NCBI RefSeq assembly: GCF_002895925.1
Contig: NZ_NWUO01000007.1
Span: 137,252-169,251 of the forward strand
Source: Mixta theicola
GTDB taxonomy: Bacteria; Pseudomonadota; Gammaproteobacteria; Enterobacterales; Enterobacteriaceae
Length of the DNA: 32,000 nt
Direction of reading: 5' to 3'
Positions 1-10,886 of the stretch are shown one piece after another. A program made the translations under genes and the position numbers. The notes under the pieces were generated by a model that saw nothing but the letters and a program-made list of their open reading frames with translations, ran no database searches and had not been told where the DNA came from. The stretch's first letter is position 1. Each line of letters opens with the position of its first letter.

Positions 1-737
1 TATGGCGAACTATCGCCATGACGCTGGTCGCGATGCTGGTGGTTCTGGTGATAATTTTATCGCTGCGCGGATTATTTTTTGGCGCGGTACAGCTGCTGTT
101 CTGGATTTTGATGGGGCTATTGTGTATCGGTGCGGGCTCGGTGCGGCTGCATTATCACGCTTATCTGCAGGCGGCCAGCCACGGCGATGCCAATGCCTGT
201 AGCGCAATGGCGGAAGAGCTTACGCTGATTCACGGCATGCCGGTAGAGTGCAATCAACAGGAAACGTTGAAAGAGCTGCAAAACGCGCTGCTGTGGATTA
301 ATTACCGTTTTTATCTGGCGCCGCTGTTCTGGTTCGTCGTCGGTGGCGCTTACGGACCGGTGCTGCTTACCGGTTACGCTTTTCTGCGCGCCTGGCAGAG
401 CTGGCTGGCAAAGCATCATACGCCGCTTGAGCGCGCCCATTCCGGGATCGATCGTATTTTGCACTGGGTTGACTGGCTGCCGGTTCGGCTGGCTGGCGTG
501 GCTTATGCGCTGCTGGGACACGGCGAGCGGGCGCTGCCGGCCTGGTTTGCGGCGTTAAGCGACGTGCGTCGCCCGCAGTATCAGATATTAACCCAGCTGG
601 CGCAGTATTCGCTGGAGCGCGACGAGCGGTGGGATAGCGTGGAAACGCCACGGATAGCCGTGGCGCTGGCCAAAAAGGTCTCGCTGGTGATTGTGGTGGT
701 GGTGGCGCTACTGACTATTTACGGCACGCTGGTTTAA
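1..737 (+). CDS. ampE: AmpE-type inner-membrane protein, 5' end cut by the window edge
   Basis: Frame 3 is open from base 3 to TAA at 735-737. The translation ([11 protein letters not shown]...[21 protein letters not shown]...[22 protein letters not shown]...[10 protein letters not shown]) is collinear with my recollection of E. coli AmpE from about residue 40 to the C-terminus. Position next to aroP matches E. coli synteny. Confidence 0.85.
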   Translation, partial: WRTIAMTLVAMLVVLVIILSLRGLFFGAVQLLFWILMGLLCIGAGSVRLHYHAYLQAASHGDANACSAMAEELTLIHGMPVECNQQETLKELQNALLWINYRFYLAPLFWFVVGGAYGPVLLTGYAFLRAWQSWLAKHHTPLERAHSGIDRILHWVDWLPVRLAGVAYALLGHGERALPAWFAALSDVRRPQYQILTQLAQYSLERDERWDSVETPRIAVALAKKVSLVIVVVVALLTIYGTLV

Positions 738-1682
738 CAGCGTATCCGCTGACGGCGCGCCGAAGTCGGGCATGCCGTTAGCGTCCCAGCGTATCGCTTT
801 AATGCGGGTATGGCGGTTCGGGTCCCACAGCGGATCGCCTTCGATTTCCGTATAGTTGCGGGCGTGATAGACCAGCAAATCATTGCCCGCCTCATCCACG
901 GTAAAGCTGTTATGGCCCGGCCCATACTGGCGGTTTTCCCAGCTGGTGGTAAATACCGGTCGGGCAGATTTATTCCACTGGGCCGGCTGCATGGGATCGT
1001 CATTCACATCAATCCACAATAGCCCCAGACAGTAATTCTCATCCGTTGCGCTGGCCGAATAGCTCACAAACAGCCGGTTGCCGTGACGAACCACCGCTGG
1101 CCCTTCGTTCACGCTAAAGCCGGCGCATTCCCATTCATATTCAGGACGGCTGAGCATCACCGGCTTGCCTTTTAGCGTCCAGGGGTTCTCCAGCTCTGCC
1201 AGGTAAAGGTTTGAGTTGCCAGGGATCGCCGGATCTTTCTGCGCCCACAGATACCACTGTTTGTCCTGATGACGAAACGTGGTGGCATCCAGCGCGAAGC
1301 TGTCGATAGGGGTACGAATGCGGCCCCTTTCCTGCCAGTTTCCGTTTAACGGATCGGCATCATCACAGGTCAGGGCATACATGCGATGCTGAAACAGGCC
1401 TTCTTTAATGTCCCGCATTGGCGCAGCGGCAAAATAGATCACCCACTGTCCGTCAATATGATGAATTTCCGGGGCCCAGATTAGCGCGCTCATCGGGCCG
1501 ATGTCGGGTTTACGCCATACCACCACCGACTCCGCTTCCACCAGGCCGACAATGGTATCAGCGCAGCGCAGTTCCAGGCGATCGTATTCAGGGACGGAGG
1601 CGATAAAGTAGTAGCGATCCTGGTAGCGTAAAATAAAGGGGTCCGCTCGCTGTTCAATTAACGGATTGGGCCACTGAGTCAT
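708..1682 (-). CDS. glycoside hydrolase family 43-like (beta-xylosidase / alpha-L-arabinofuranosidase type)
   Basis: 324-aa ORF. The N-terminus [21 protein letters not shown] and later [24 protein letters not shown] and GPGHNSF resemble five-bladed propeller GH43 enzymes. Its ATG overlaps the stop of the upstream transporter (ATGA at 1679-1682), indicating an operon. Its 3' end overlaps the ampE 3' end convergently by 30 bp. Confidence 0.75.
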   Translation of the reverse strand: MTQWPNPLIEQRADPFILRYQDRYYFIASVPEYDRLELRCADTIVGLVEAESVVVWRKPDIGPMSALIWAPEIHHIDGQWVIYFAAAPMRDIKEGLFQHRMYALTCDDADPLNGNWQERGRIRTPIDSFALDATTFRHQDKQWYLWAQKDPAIPGNSNLYLAELENPWTLKGKPVMLSRPEYEWECAGFSVNEGPAVVRHGNRLFVSYSASATDENYCLGLLWIDVNDDPMQPAQWNKSARPVFTTSWENRQYGPGHNSFTVDEAGNDLLVYHARNYTEIEGDPLWDPNRHTRIKAIRWDANGMPDFGAPSADTLLNQRAVNSQ

Positions 1683-3097
1683 AATGCCGTTCCTTCTGGT
1701 TTAATATCAAAAGCATTGTCTTCGCGCAGCGCGCTCAGTTCACGATAATTTTCCCGCCGTTTCGCCAGATCCTGCTGAATGGTTTGCATCAGGTGTCGAT
1801 CGACTTTTAACAGGCGTACTACGCCAGCGGTAATTAAATAACCGATGCCGGGGATCACGGTAAACAGCAGCACGATACCGTGCAGCGCGCTGCTGCCTTG
1901 CTGCTTAGCCCCTGCATCGTAGCCATAAAATGAGAGCAGGAAACCGACCATCGCACCGGCTACCGCCAGGCCGACCTTCAGGAAGAACAGATTCCCGGAG
2001 AAACTGATGCCGGTAATACGCTTGCCGGTTTTCCATTCGCCGTAATCATCCACGTCTGCCATCAGTGACCAGTGCAGCGGAGAAGGGATTTGATGCAGAA
2101 TATTCAGCAGGAAATACATTACGGTAACCAATACCGTGGCCTGCGGATTAAGGAACCAGAAGCCGCAGGAGAAAATAGCCAGGGCGATATTGGTCCAGAA
2201 AAAGACCTTCAGCTTACACCAGCGGTCGGTCATGACTTTCGCCAGCGTACTGCCGATCATCATGCCAACCACGCCGAGGCTGATAAACAGCGTAGCGAAG
2301 TGGGTCGATTGCCCCATTACCCAGGTCACGTAATACATGGTTGCCGCCATGCGAATAAAGCCCGGACAAACGTTGCAGAAGGTCAGCAGCAAAATGCGCA
2401 CCCACTGATCGTTTTTCCAGACGTCACGCAGATCGTTTTTCAGATCGTCATTGCTGGGGACGGCAGGGCGGATACGTTCGCGCACCGTGGCGAAGCAGTA
2501 AAGGAACATCAGCAGCCCGATAACGGCCATCACGCCCATCGCCATCTGATAACCCCGCGCCCGATCGCCGCCGCCGAACCACTCCGTCATTGGCAGCAGG
2601 GTAAGCGACAGGATCAGCGTTGCGATGCCCACCATCACAAAGCGGTAAGACTGACAGGAAACGCGTTCATGGGGATCGTTAGTAATAACGCCACCCAGCG
2701 AGCAATAGGGAATATTGATCGCCGTATAGGCCAGCGACATCAGGAAGTAGGTCACAAAGGCGTAGGCCACCTTGTATTCATAGCTCCAGTTCGGCGTGGT
2801 AAACATCAGCACGCTGAATACAACATACGGAACTGAAATCCACAGCAGCCAGGGACGAAAGCGGCCCCAGCGGCTTTGGGTACGATCGGCAATCGCGCCC
2901 ATAAGGGGATCGGTTACCGCATCCAGTACGCGTACCGAAAGCAGTAACACGCCGACCAGCGCAGGCGCCAGGCCAAAGACATCGGTATAAAAATAGTTAA
3001 GGAACAGCATTATGGCGCCGCCAATCATATTACAGCCAGCGTCGCCCATGCCGTAACCCAGCTTTTCTTTAAAAGAAAGCGCAGAGCCGTTCATCAT
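1679..3097 (-). CDS. glycoside-pentoside-hexuronide (GPH) family sugar:cation symporter
   Basis: 472-aa polytopic membrane ORF. The N-terminal KLGYGMGDAGCNMIGGAIMLFLNYFYTDVFGL and RWGRFRPWLL motifs are typical of MelB/YicJ/XylP-type GPH carriers. It is translationally coupled to the GH43 gene. Confidence 0.8.
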   Translation of the reverse strand: MMNGSALSFKEKLGYGMGDAGCNMIGGAIMLFLNYFYTDVFGLAPALVGVLLLSVRVLDAVTDPLMGAIADRTQSRWGRFRPWLLWISVPYVVFSVLMFTTPNWSYEYKVAYAFVTYFLMSLAYTAINIPYCSLGGVITNDPHERVSCQSYRFVMVGIATLILSLTLLPMTEWFGGGDRARGYQMAMGVMAVIGLLMFLYCFATVRERIRPAVPSNDDLKNDLRDVWKNDQWVRILLLTFCNVCPGFIRMAATMYYVTWVMGQSTHFATLFISLGVVGMMIGSTLAKVMTDRWCKLKVFFWTNIALAIFSCGFWFLNPQATVLVTVMYFLLNILHQIPSPLHWSLMADVDDYGEWKTGKRITGISFSGNLFFLKVGLAVAGAMVGFLLSFYGYDAGAKQQGSSALHGIVLLFTVIPGIGYLITAGVVRLLKVDRHLMQTIQQDLAKRRENYRELSALREDNAFDIKPEGTAL

Positions 3098-3232
3098 TTT
3101 ATTCTCCCACTGAGCAGTGGAATGATTATTGAGGCTTAACGAACGCGGGGCTAATACAGGTTGGTCATCGAGATGGACAAAATAACTGCGAAGAGAAAAG
3201 TGTGAAGAACATAACGCTTAGCGTAAAGGAAA

Positions 3233-3252
3233 CCGGGCGCATAAGCGCCCGG
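3233..3252 (-). terminator. putative rho-independent terminator of aroP
   Basis: Perfect hairpin CCGGGCGC-ATAA-GCGCCCGG lies 8 nt past the aroP stop. On the minus strand it is followed by a T-rich run (TTTCCTTTAC). Confidence 0.6.
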
Positions 3253-3259
3253 TAAATCG

Positions 3260-4615
3260 TCAGCGTTGCTGCGATCGTTTATTAATGGCGTAGCCAATTG
3301 CCAGCACTATTAGCCAGACCGGGATAAGCCAGACGGAGATCGCCATGCCCGGCGTCATAAGCATAATCACCAGAATCGCGGCCAGAAAAGCCAGGCAAAT
3401 CCAGTTACCGGCCGGATAAAGAATGGCACGGAAGCGCGTCTGTATGCCCTGGCGATTTTTCGCCCTACGGAATTTCAGGTGCGCCAGGCTAATCATCGCC
3501 CAGTTAATCACCAGCGCCGAGACCACCAGCGCCATCAGCAGGCCAAAGGCCTCGCCCGGCATCAGATAGTTAATCAGCACGCAAATCGCCGTTGCCAACG
3601 CCGACACGCCCAGCGCAACATAGGGAACGCCGCGACGGTCAACTTTCAGCAGCGCCTGCGGGCCGCTGCCCTGTTTCGCCAGGCCGTAGAGCATACGGCT
3701 GTTGCTGTAGACGCAGCTGTTATAAACCGACAGCGCCGCCGTCAGGAACACGACGTTCAACACGTTGGCCACCAGCGTTTCGCCGAGGTCGTGGAAAATC
3801 ATGACGAACGGGCTGCTTTCGCCAACCACTTTGACCCACGGATAGAGCGAGAGCAGTACCGCCAGCGAACCGATATAGAAAATAAGAATACGGTAGATAA
3901 CCTGATTAGTGGCGCGCGGAATACTTTTCGCCGGATCGTCCGCTTCAGCGGCGGTAATGCCGACCAGCTCCAGGCCGCCGAACGAGAACATAATCACCGC
4001 CATCGCCATCACCAGCCCGCTAATGCCGTGCGGGAAAAAGCCGCCCTGCGCCCAGATATTGCTGACCGAGGCCTGCGGCCCGCCTTGTCCGCTCAACAGC
4101 AGCCAGCCGCCGAACAGGATCATCCCGACGACCGCGACGACTTTAATAATGGCGAACCAAAACTCCATCTCGCCGTAAACTTTAACGTTGGTCAGGTTGA
4201 TGACGTTTATCAGCACGAAGAACAGCGCGGCGGTGGCCCAGGAAGGAAATTCCGGCCACCAGACCTGAATATATTTTCCTACGGCGGTCAGTTCGGCCAT
4301 CGCGACCAGCACATACAGCACCCAATAGTTCCAGCCGGAAGCGAAGCCAGCAAAATTGCCCCAGTATTTATAGGCGAAGTGACTAAAAGATCCGGCCACC
4401 GGCTCTTCGACTACCATTTCGCCCAGCTGACGCATAATCAGAAAAGCGATAAAGCCCCCGATGGCATAGCCTAATAATACCGAAGGCCCGGCCATCTGGA
4501 TGGTCTGCCCAATTCCCAGAAACAGGCCGGTACCCACGGCGCCGCCCAATGCAATCAGCTGAATATGACGGTTTTTTAATCCGCGCTTCAGCGTATCGCC
4601 CTGCTGTTGTTCCAT
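3260..4615 (-). CDS. aroP: aromatic amino acid:H+ symporter AroP (APC family)
   Basis: 451-aa ORF. LKRGLKNRHIQLIALGGAVGTGLFLG and the overall sequence closely match recalled E. coli AroP. It lies divergent from pdhR, as in E. coli. Confidence 0.93.
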   Translation of the reverse strand: MEQQQGDTLKRGLKNRHIQLIALGGAVGTGLFLGIGQTIQMAGPSVLLGYAIGGFIAFLIMRQLGEMVVEEPVAGSFSHFAYKYWGNFAGFASGWNYWVLYVLVAMAELTAVGKYIQVWWPEFPSWATAALFFVLINVINLTNVKVYGEMEFWFAIIKVVAVVGMILFGGWLLLSGQGGPQASVSNIWAQGGFFPHGISGLVMAMAVIMFSFGGLELVGITAAEADDPAKSIPRATNQVIYRILIFYIGSLAVLLSLYPWVKVVGESSPFVMIFHDLGETLVANVLNVVFLTAALSVYNSCVYSNSRMLYGLAKQGSGPQALLKVDRRGVPYVALGVSALATAICVLINYLMPGEAFGLLMALVVSALVINWAMISLAHLKFRRAKNRQGIQTRFRAILYPAGNWICLAFLAAILVIMLMTPGMAISVWLIPVWLIVLAIGYAINKRSQQR

Positions 4616-4688
4616 AAAAACCCTCGTGTTAGTTCTTCGCCTTCCCTGAAGAGTTGGCGCTGTAGTGCCTGCGGACAGGCGGTACGCT

Positions 4689-4729
4689 TGTATGGGTACC
4701 GTTACACTTTATGTATTGTTTATTTTACA
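4689..4729. promoter_or_regulatory. two adjacent TyrR-box-like palindromes upstream of aroP
   Basis: TGTATG-GGTACC-GTTACA (4689-4706) and TGTATT-GTTTAT-TTTACA (4712-4729) fit TGTAAA-N6-TTTACA. They lie 75-115 nt upstream of the aroP ATG. aroP is a known TyrR regulon member in E. coli. Confidence 0.4.
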
Positions 4730-5106
4730 GAGTGGGTTGGCGCAAATCGCCTGCGATGCTACCCCGACGCCAAGAATAGTGTTAAGCGTGCCCGAATGCA
4801 CCTGCTTTCTCTGTCCGTGCGTAGCGGCTCCTAAAAAACGCTGTTGCCGTCACGTCAGATTTTCTTTTTTGTGCCATTGAATTCGAATAAAGGCGAATAG
4901 CTTGCGCTTATGTCGTAAAATGAGATGCAGGTCTAAACCCACGTTAAGGTTTGTAAAAAACAGCGGTTAAATTTAAGACTTCGCAGGAAATAGCGCATTT
5001 TCATCGCTGTTTTCCCCGTTTTGTGACGTAACGTTTCCCCCCGGTTCTGGCAGATGCCATATAGACAGAAGGTGAATACTTTGTTACTTTAACGTCACTT
5101 TTTTTC

Positions 5107-5123
5107 AATTGGTATTACCAATT
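5107..5123. promoter_or_regulatory. PdhR operator (autoregulatory palindrome)
   Basis: The palindrome AATTGGTATTACCAATT lies 30 nt upstream of the pdhR ATG. It matches the recalled PdhR box ATTGGT-N3-ACCAAT of the E. coli pdhR-aceEF-lpd promoter. Confidence 0.75.
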
Positions 5124-5152
5124 GACTTCGGTGCCTGGCAGAAGAAGGGACA

Positions 5153-5917
5153 ATGGCCTACAGTAAGATTCGCCAACCAAAGCTCTCGGATGCAATTGAG
5201 CAACAGCTTGAGTCCCTGATTATGGAGGGTACGCTGCGTCCGGGGGAAAAGCTTCTCCCTGAGAGGGAACTTGCTAAGCAGTTTGACGTTTCTCGCCCCT
5301 CTTTGCGTGAAGCGATACAGCGCCTGGAGGCAAAAGGGCTTCTGCTGCGTCGTCAGGGCGGCGGCACCTTCGTCCAGAAAAGCCTGTGGCAAAGTCTGAG
5401 CGATCCTCTGGTAGCGTTACTCGCCGATCATCCCGAATCCCAGTTCGACCTGCTGGAAACCCGCCATGCGCTTGAAGGTATCGCGGCTTATTACGCTGCT
5501 CTGCGGGGAACCGAAGAGGATTTGCAGCGCATACGCGACTGCCATCTGGCGATTGAACATGCCCAGCAGAGCGGCGATCTGGATGCCGAAGCCGATGCGG
5601 TTATGCAGTATCAGATTGCCGTAACAGAAGCGGCGCATAATGTGGTGCTGCTGCATTTGCTACGCTCAATGGGCCCGATGCTGGAAAAAAACGTCCGTCA
5701 GAATTTTGAATTGCTCTACTCACGCCGGGAAATGCTGGCGCAGGTAAGCAGTCATCGCGCCAGTATTTTTGCGGCGATTGTGGCCCGCGAGCCGGAAAAG
5801 GCGCGCGAAGCTTCACACCGTCATCTGGCGTTTATTGAGGAGATATTGCTGGACAGAAGTCGGGAGCAGACGCGTCGTGAACGCTCCCTGCGTCGTTTAC
5901 AGCAACGTAAGGAATAA
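5153..5917 (+). CDS. pdhR: pyruvate dehydrogenase complex repressor PdhR (GntR/FadR family)
   Basis: 254-aa [67 protein letters not shown] is near-identical to recalled E. coli PdhR. It lies upstream of aceE. Confidence 0.96.
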   Translation: MAYSKIRQPKLSDAIEQQLESLIMEGTLRPGEKLLPERELAKQFDVSRPSLREAIQRLEAKGLLLRRQGGGTFVQKSLWQSLSDPLVALLADHPESQFDLLETRHALEGIAAYYAALRGTEEDLQRIRDCHLAIEHAQQSGDLDAEADAVMQYQIAVTEAAHNVVLLHLLRSMGPMLEKNVRQNFELLYSRREMLAQVSSHRASIFAAIVAREPEKAREASHRHLAFIEEILLDRSREQTRRERSLRRLQQRKE

Positions 5918-6093
5918 CGCGTAAACTGAATAACCATAGATTTTGCAGGGCGCTCCAGGCTGCCTGGCAAGACAAAAGGAATACGCGGCAACCAACGACG
6001 GGCCTGTCTCCTTGCATTTTGTAATGAATCAGAATGCAGGGAGACAGGCTCCAGACAATTCAACGTATTAGACACAGATAAGGAATACCCCCC

Positions 6094-8757
6094 ATGTCAG
6101 AACGTTTACATAATGACGTGGATCCGATCGAAACCCGCGACTGGCTACAGGCGATCGAATCGGTCATCCGTGAAGAAGGTGTTGAGCGTGCGCAGTTCCT
6201 GATCGATCAGGTGCTGAGCGAAGCGCGTAAAGGCGGCGTGAATGTCGCTGCAGGCTCTGCTGTCAGCAACTACATTAACTCTATCGCCGTTGAAGAAGAG
6301 CCGGACTATCCGGGCAATACCTCTCTGGAGCGTCGTATCCGTTCCGCAATTCGCTGGAACGCCATGATGGCGGTACTGCGGGCGTCGAAAAAAGATCTGG
6401 AGCTGGGCGGTCACCTTTCGTCTTTCCAGTCCTCGGCGACGATTTATGAAGTGTGCTTCAACCATTTCTTCCGCGCGCGCAATGATAAAGACGGCGGCGA
6501 TCTGGTTTACTTCCAGGGCCATATTTCTCCGGGCGTTTATTCACGCGCCTTCCTGGAAGGTCGTCTGACTGAAGAACAGATGAATAACTTCCGTCAGGAA
6601 GTGCATGGCAAAGGCCTCTCTTCCTACCCGCATCCTAAACTGATGCCGGATTTCTGGCAGTTCCCGACCGTTTCTATGGGCCTGGGCCCGCTGTCGGCGA
6701 TCTATCAGGCGAAGTTCCTGAAATATCTGGAGCACCGCGGCCTGAAAGATACCTCCGCCCAGACCGTTTACGCTTTCCTTGGCGATGGCGAAATGGATGA
6801 GCCGGAATCTAAAGGCGCTATCACTATCGCTACCCGCGAGAAGCTGGACAACCTGGTCTTTGTCATCAACTGTAACCTGCAGCGTCTGGATGGTCCGGTA
6901 ACCGGCAACGGCAAGATCATCAACGAACTGGAAGGCATCTTTGGCGGCGCCGGCTGGGAAGTGATCAAGGTTATCTGGGGCAGCCGTTGGGATGAACTGC
7001 TGCGTAAAGATACCAGCGGCAAGCTGATCCAGCTGATGAACGAAACCGTTGACGGCGACTATCAGACCTTTAAATCCCGCAACGGCGCCTATGTGCGCGA
7101 GCACTTCTTCGGTAAATATCCGGAAACCGCTGAGCTGGTGAAAGATATGTCCGACGACGAGATTTTTGCGCTGAACCGCGGCGGCCACGATCCGAAGAAA
7201 ATCTATGCGGCGTTGAAAAAAGCGCAGGATACCAAAGGCAAGCCGACGGTCATTCTGGCGCATACCATTAAAGGCTATGGTATGGGCGACACCGCAGAAG
7301 GTAAAAACATCGCTCACCAGGTGAAGAAGATGAACATGCAGGGCGTGCGCTACGTCCGCGATCGCTTCAATGTACCGGTAACCGATGAAAACCTGGAAAC
7401 GCTGCCGTACATTACTTTCCAGGAAGGTTCTGAAGAGTACAACTACCTGCACGGTCAGCGTCAAAAGCTGGGCGGTTATCTGCCAAGTCGTCAGCCGAAC
7501 TTCTCTGAGAAGCTTGAACTGCCGACAATGGAGGATTTCGCTCCGCTGCTGGAAGAACAGAATAAAGAGATCTCTACCACCATCGCCTTTGTCCGTGCGC
7601 TGAACGTGATGCTGAAGAACAAGTCGATCAAAGATCGTCTGGTGCCGATCATCGCTGACGAAGCGCGTACCTTTGGTATGGAAGGCCTGTTCCGTCAGAT
7701 TGGTATTTACAGCCCGAACGGCCAGCAGTACACGCCGCAGGACCGTGAGCAGGTTGCTTACTATAAAGAAGATGAGAAAGGCCAGATTCTGCAGGAAGGG
7801 ATCAACGAGCTGGGCGCAGGCGCGTCCTGGCTGGCTGCTGCGACCTCTTACAGCACCAACAACCTGCCGATGATTCCGTTCTACATTTACTACTCCATGT
7901 TCGGCTTCCAGCGTATCGGCGATCTCTGCTGGGCGGCGGGCGACCAACAGGCGCGTGGCTTCCTGGTTGGCGGCACCTCCGGTCGTACCACCCTGAACGG
8001 CGAAGGTCTGCAGCATGAAGATGGTCACAGCCACATCCAGGCGCTGACTATTCCGAACTGTATCTCCTACGATCCGGCTTATGCCTATGAAGTCGCGGTG
8101 ATCATGCAGGACGGCCTGACGCGCATGTACGGCGAAGCGCAGGAAAATATTTACTACTACATCACCACGCTGAACGAAAACTACCATATGCCGGCGATGC
8201 CGCAGGGCGCAGAAGAGGGTATCCGTAAGGGTATCTACAAGCTGGAAACCCTGGAAGGCAGCAAAGGTAAAGTGCAGCTGCTGGGCTCTGGCGCCATCCT
8301 GCGTCACGTACGCGAAGCCGCAGAGATCCTGGCGAAAGATTACGGCATCGGCTCTGACATTTACAGCGTGACCTCCTTCACCGAACTGGCGCGTGACGGC
8401 CAGGATTGTGAACGCTGGAATATGCTGCATCCGACAGAAAAAGCCCGCGTGCCTTATATCGCTCAGGTGATGAATGATGCACCGGCCGTTGCGTCTACCG
8501 ACTACATGAAACTGTTTGCTGAACAGGTTCGCAGCTATATCCCGGCCAGCGACTATCGCGTACTGGGCACCGACGGCTTTGGCCGTTCTGACAGCCGTGA
8601 AAACCTGCGTCACCACTTCGAAGTGGATGCATCCTATGTGGTGGTAGCAGCGCTGGGCGAACTGGCTAAACGCGGCGAAATCGAGAAGAAAGTGGTGGCG
8701 GACGCCATTACCAAATTCAATATCGATGCAGATAAAGTCAACCCGCGTCTGGCATAA
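6094..8757 (+). CDS. aceE: pyruvate dehydrogenase E1 component
   Basis: 887-aa ORF beginning MSERLHNDVDPIETRDWLQAIESVIREEG, preceded by the SD AAGGAA. Length and sequence match enterobacterial AceE. Confidence 0.97.
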   Translation: MSERLHNDVDPIETRDWLQAIESVIREEGVERAQFLIDQVLSEARKGGVNVAAGSAVSNYINSIAVEEEPDYPGNTSLERRIRSAIRWNAMMAVLRASKKDLELGGHLSSFQSSATIYEVCFNHFFRARNDKDGGDLVYFQGHISPGVYSRAFLEGRLTEEQMNNFRQEVHGKGLSSYPHPKLMPDFWQFPTVSMGLGPLSAIYQAKFLKYLEHRGLKDTSAQTVYAFLGDGEMDEPESKGAITIATREKLDNLVFVINCNLQRLDGPVTGNGKIINELEGIFGGAGWEVIKVIWGSRWDELLRKDTSGKLIQLMNETVDGDYQTFKSRNGAYVREHFFGKYPETAELVKDMSDDEIFALNRGGHDPKKIYAALKKAQDTKGKPTVILAHTIKGYGMGDTAEGKNIAHQVKKMNMQGVRYVRDRFNVPVTDENLETLPYITFQEGSEEYNYLHGQRQKLGGYLPSRQPNFSEKLELPTMEDFAPLLEEQNKEISTTIAFVRALNVMLKNKSIKDRLVPIIADEARTFGMEGLFRQIGIYSPNGQQYTPQDREQVAYYKEDEKGQILQEGINELGAGASWLAAATSYSTNNLPMIPFYIYYSMFGFQRIGDLCWAAGDQQARGFLVGGTSGRTTLNGEGLQHEDGHSHIQALTIPNCISYDPAYAYEVAVIMQDGLTRMYGEAQENIYYYITTLNENYHMPAMPQGAEEGIRKGIYKLETLEGSKGKVQLLGSGAILRHVREAAEILAKDYGIGSDIYSVTSFTELARDGQDCERWNMLHPTEKARVPYIAQVMNDAPAVASTDYMKLFAEQVRSYIPASDYRVLGTDGFGRSDSRENLRHHFEVDASYVVVAALGELAKRGEIEKKVVADAITKFNIDADKVNPRLA

Positions 8758-8770
8758 GAGGTAAAGATAA

Positions 8771-9606
8771 ATGGCTATCGAAATTAATGTCCCGGACATC
8801 GGCGCCGATGAAGTTGAAGTGACCGAAATCCTGGTAAAGGTTGGCGATAAAGTTGAGGCGGAACAGTCACTGATCACCGTTGAAGGCGACAAAGCCTCAA
8901 TGGAAGTGCCTTCGCCGCAGGCTGGCGTGGTCAAAGAGATTAAGGTTAACACCGGCGACAAAGTTGAAACCGGCTCGCTGATTATGATCTTTGAGGCAGA
9001 GGCTGCCGCGAATGCGCAGCCAGCACCGGCCGCTGAGAAAAAGGCTGACGCACAGCCAGCGCCAGCCGCCGCTGCAGAAAGCAAAGAGGTTAATGTCCCG
9101 GACATCGGCAGCGACGAAGTCGAAGTGACCGAAATCCTGGTTAAAGTTGGCGACAAAGTCGAAGCGGAACAGTCGCTGATCACCGTTGAAGGCGATAAAG
9201 CCTCAATGGAAGTACCGGCGCCGTTCGCAGGTACGGTTAAAGAGATCAAAATCAACACCGGCGATAAAGTCAGCACCGGCTCGCTGATTATGGTATTCGA
9301 AACCGCAGCTTCCGGCAGCGCGGCGGCGGCCAAACCGCAGGCGAAAGAGGAAGCGGCCACTGCGCCTGCGGCCTCCGGCGGTTCGGCCACCAAAGAGGTG
9401 AACGTTCCGGACATCGGTGGCGATGAAGTTGAAGTGACCGAAATTCTGGTGAAGGCGGGTGATAAAGTCACCGCCGAGCAGTCGCTGATCACCGTTGAAG
9501 GCGATAAAGCCTCAATGGAAGTACCGGCGCCGTTCGCGGGTACGGTTAAAGAGATCAAAATCAACACCGGCGATAAAGTCAGCACCGGCTCGCTGATTAT
9601 GCTGTT
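8771..9606 (+). repeat. three tandem lipoyl-domain coding repeats (about 306-309 bp period) inside aceF
   Basis: Units start near 8771, 9083 and 9392. Units 2 and 3 share a 123-bp block (9170-9292 vs 9479-9601) with a single mismatch (9229 A vs 9538 G). Confidence 0.9.
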
Positions 9607-10669
9607 TGAAGTGGAAGGCGCACCAGCTCCGGCTCCGGCAGCGCAGAAAGAAACGTCGGCGCCGGCAGCTAAAGCTGAGCAGGCGGCTCCGGCTGCATCC
9701 GCTCCGGCAAAAGCATCCGCTAAAGATGAATTTGCTGAGAACGACGCCTATGTACACGCTACGCCGGTTATCCGTCGTCTGGCGCGTGAATTCGGCGTCA
9801 ACCTGGCGAAAGTCAAAGGCACCGGCCGTAAAGGACGTATTCTGAAAGAAGACGTACAGGCCTACGTGAAAGATGCGGTGAAACGCGCTGAATCCGCGCC
9901 AGCCGCCGCTACCGGCGGTGGTTTGCCGGGCATGCTGCCGTGGCCGAAGGTTGACTTCAGCAAGTTTGGTGAAGTGGAAGTCGTTGAGCTGGGACGTATC
10001 CAGAAAATTTCTGGCGCTAACCTGAGCCGTAACTGGGTCATGATCCCGCACGTTACGCACTTCGATAAAACCGATATTACCGAGCTGGAAGCGTTCCGTA
10101 AGCAGCAGAACGTCGAAGCCGAGAAGCGTAAGCTGGATGTGAAGATCACCCCGGTTGTCTTCATCATGAAAGCGGCCGCTGCCGCGCTGGAGCAGATGCC
10201 GCGCTTCAACAGTTCGCTGTCTGAAGATGGCCAGAAGCTGACGCTGAAAAAATACATCAACATCGGCGTGGCGGTTGATACGCCGAATGGTCTGGTGGTT
10301 CCGGTGTTCAAGGATGTTAACAAGAAAGGCATCATTGAGCTCTCCCGCGAGCTGATGGCTATCTCCAAAAAAGCGCGTGACGGTAAGCTGACCGCTGGCG
10401 AAATGCAGGGTGGCTGTTTCACTATCTCCAGCATCGGCGGCCTGGGCACTACCCACTTCGCGCCGATTGTGAACGCGCCGGAAGTCGCTATTTTGGGCGT
10501 TTCCAAGTCCGCAATGGAGCCGGTGTGGAATGGTAAAGAGTTTATGCCGCGTCTGATGCTGCCGATCTCTCTGTCCTTCGACCATCGTGTAATCGATGGT
10601 GCTGATGGTGCGCGTTTCATCACCATCATCAACAACACCTTAAGCGATATTCGCCGCCTGGTGATGTAA
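8771..10669 (+). CDS. aceF: dihydrolipoyllysine acetyltransferase E2 with three lipoyl domains
   Basis: 632-aa ORF. It has three tandem lipoyl domains ([10 protein letters not shown] x3) separated by Ala/Pro-rich linkers, an E3-binding domain and a catalytic domain with DHRVIDGA. Confidence 0.97.
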   Translation: MAIEINVPDIGADEVEVTEILVKVGDKVEAEQSLITVEGDKASMEVPSPQAGVVKEIKVNTGDKVETGSLIMIFEAEAAANAQPAPAAEKKADAQPAPAAAAESKEVNVPDIGSDEVEVTEILVKVGDKVEAEQSLITVEGDKASMEVPAPFAGTVKEIKINTGDKVSTGSLIMVFETAASGSAAAAKPQAKEEAATAPAASGGSATKEVNVPDIGGDEVEVTEILVKAGDKVTAEQSLITVEGDKASMEVPAPFAGTVKEIKINTGDKVSTGSLIMLFEVEGAPAPAPAAQKETSAPAAKAEQAAPAASAPAKASAKDEFAENDAYVHATPVIRRLAREFGVNLAKVKGTGRKGRILKEDVQAYVKDAVKRAESAPAAATGGGLPGMLPWPKVDFSKFGEVEVVELGRIQKISGANLSRNWVMIPHVTHFDKTDITELEAFRKQQNVEAEKRKLDVKITPVVFIMKAAAAALEQMPRFNSSLSEDGQKLTLKKYINIGVAVDTPNGLVVPVFKDVNKKGIIELSRELMAISKKARDGKLTAGEMQGGCFTISSIGGLGTTHFAPIVNAPEVAILGVSKSAMEPVWNGKEFMPRLMLPISLSFDHRVIDGADGARFITIINNTLSDIRRLVM

Positions 10670-10676
10670 TAACCAT

Positions 10677-10701
10677 AAAGGCCGGCTTATGCCGGCCTTT
10701 T
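10677..10701 (+). terminator. putative attenuating terminator after aceF
   Basis: AAAGGCCGGC-TTAT-GCCGGCCTTT hairpin, 8 nt after the aceF stop, running into a short T tract. Confidence 0.6.
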
Positions 10702-10886
10702 GACAGGTGAGGTTATTAGCGCTGAGCCTGGCTGAAATAAGGGAAATGGGATCTTACTGAGCCGAAGCGGTTTGCAGTCTGTTAACAATTCTGTAAACTC
10801 TTGCGGTGAACGCGTCCCGGTGGATGAAGGGCGTACTGTGAATCAGGTAAGTGACGTCTGACCGCCGGATAGTCAATTAAGAGGTC

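Noticed and set aside
5821-6075. 84-aa and 61-aa minus-strand ORFs across the pdhR 3' end and the pdhR-aceE spacer
   Set aside because: They overlap pdhR antisense, have no SD, and have an Arg/Ser/Cys-rich composition typical of spurious frames. The spacer is expected to hold the internal aceE promoter instead.
6541-9585. 1014-aa minus-strand ORF antisense to aceE/aceF, plus similar long antisense ORFs at 28583-30196, 3479-4474, 2072-2836, 9512-10585, 9862-10638 and 11484-12236
   Set aside because: Each lies fully inside a strongly supported housekeeping gene on the other strand. The products are low-complexity, for example the repeated [34 protein letters not shown], which is simply the antisense of the lipoyl repeats. 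Open antisense frames are expected in GC3-rich genes.
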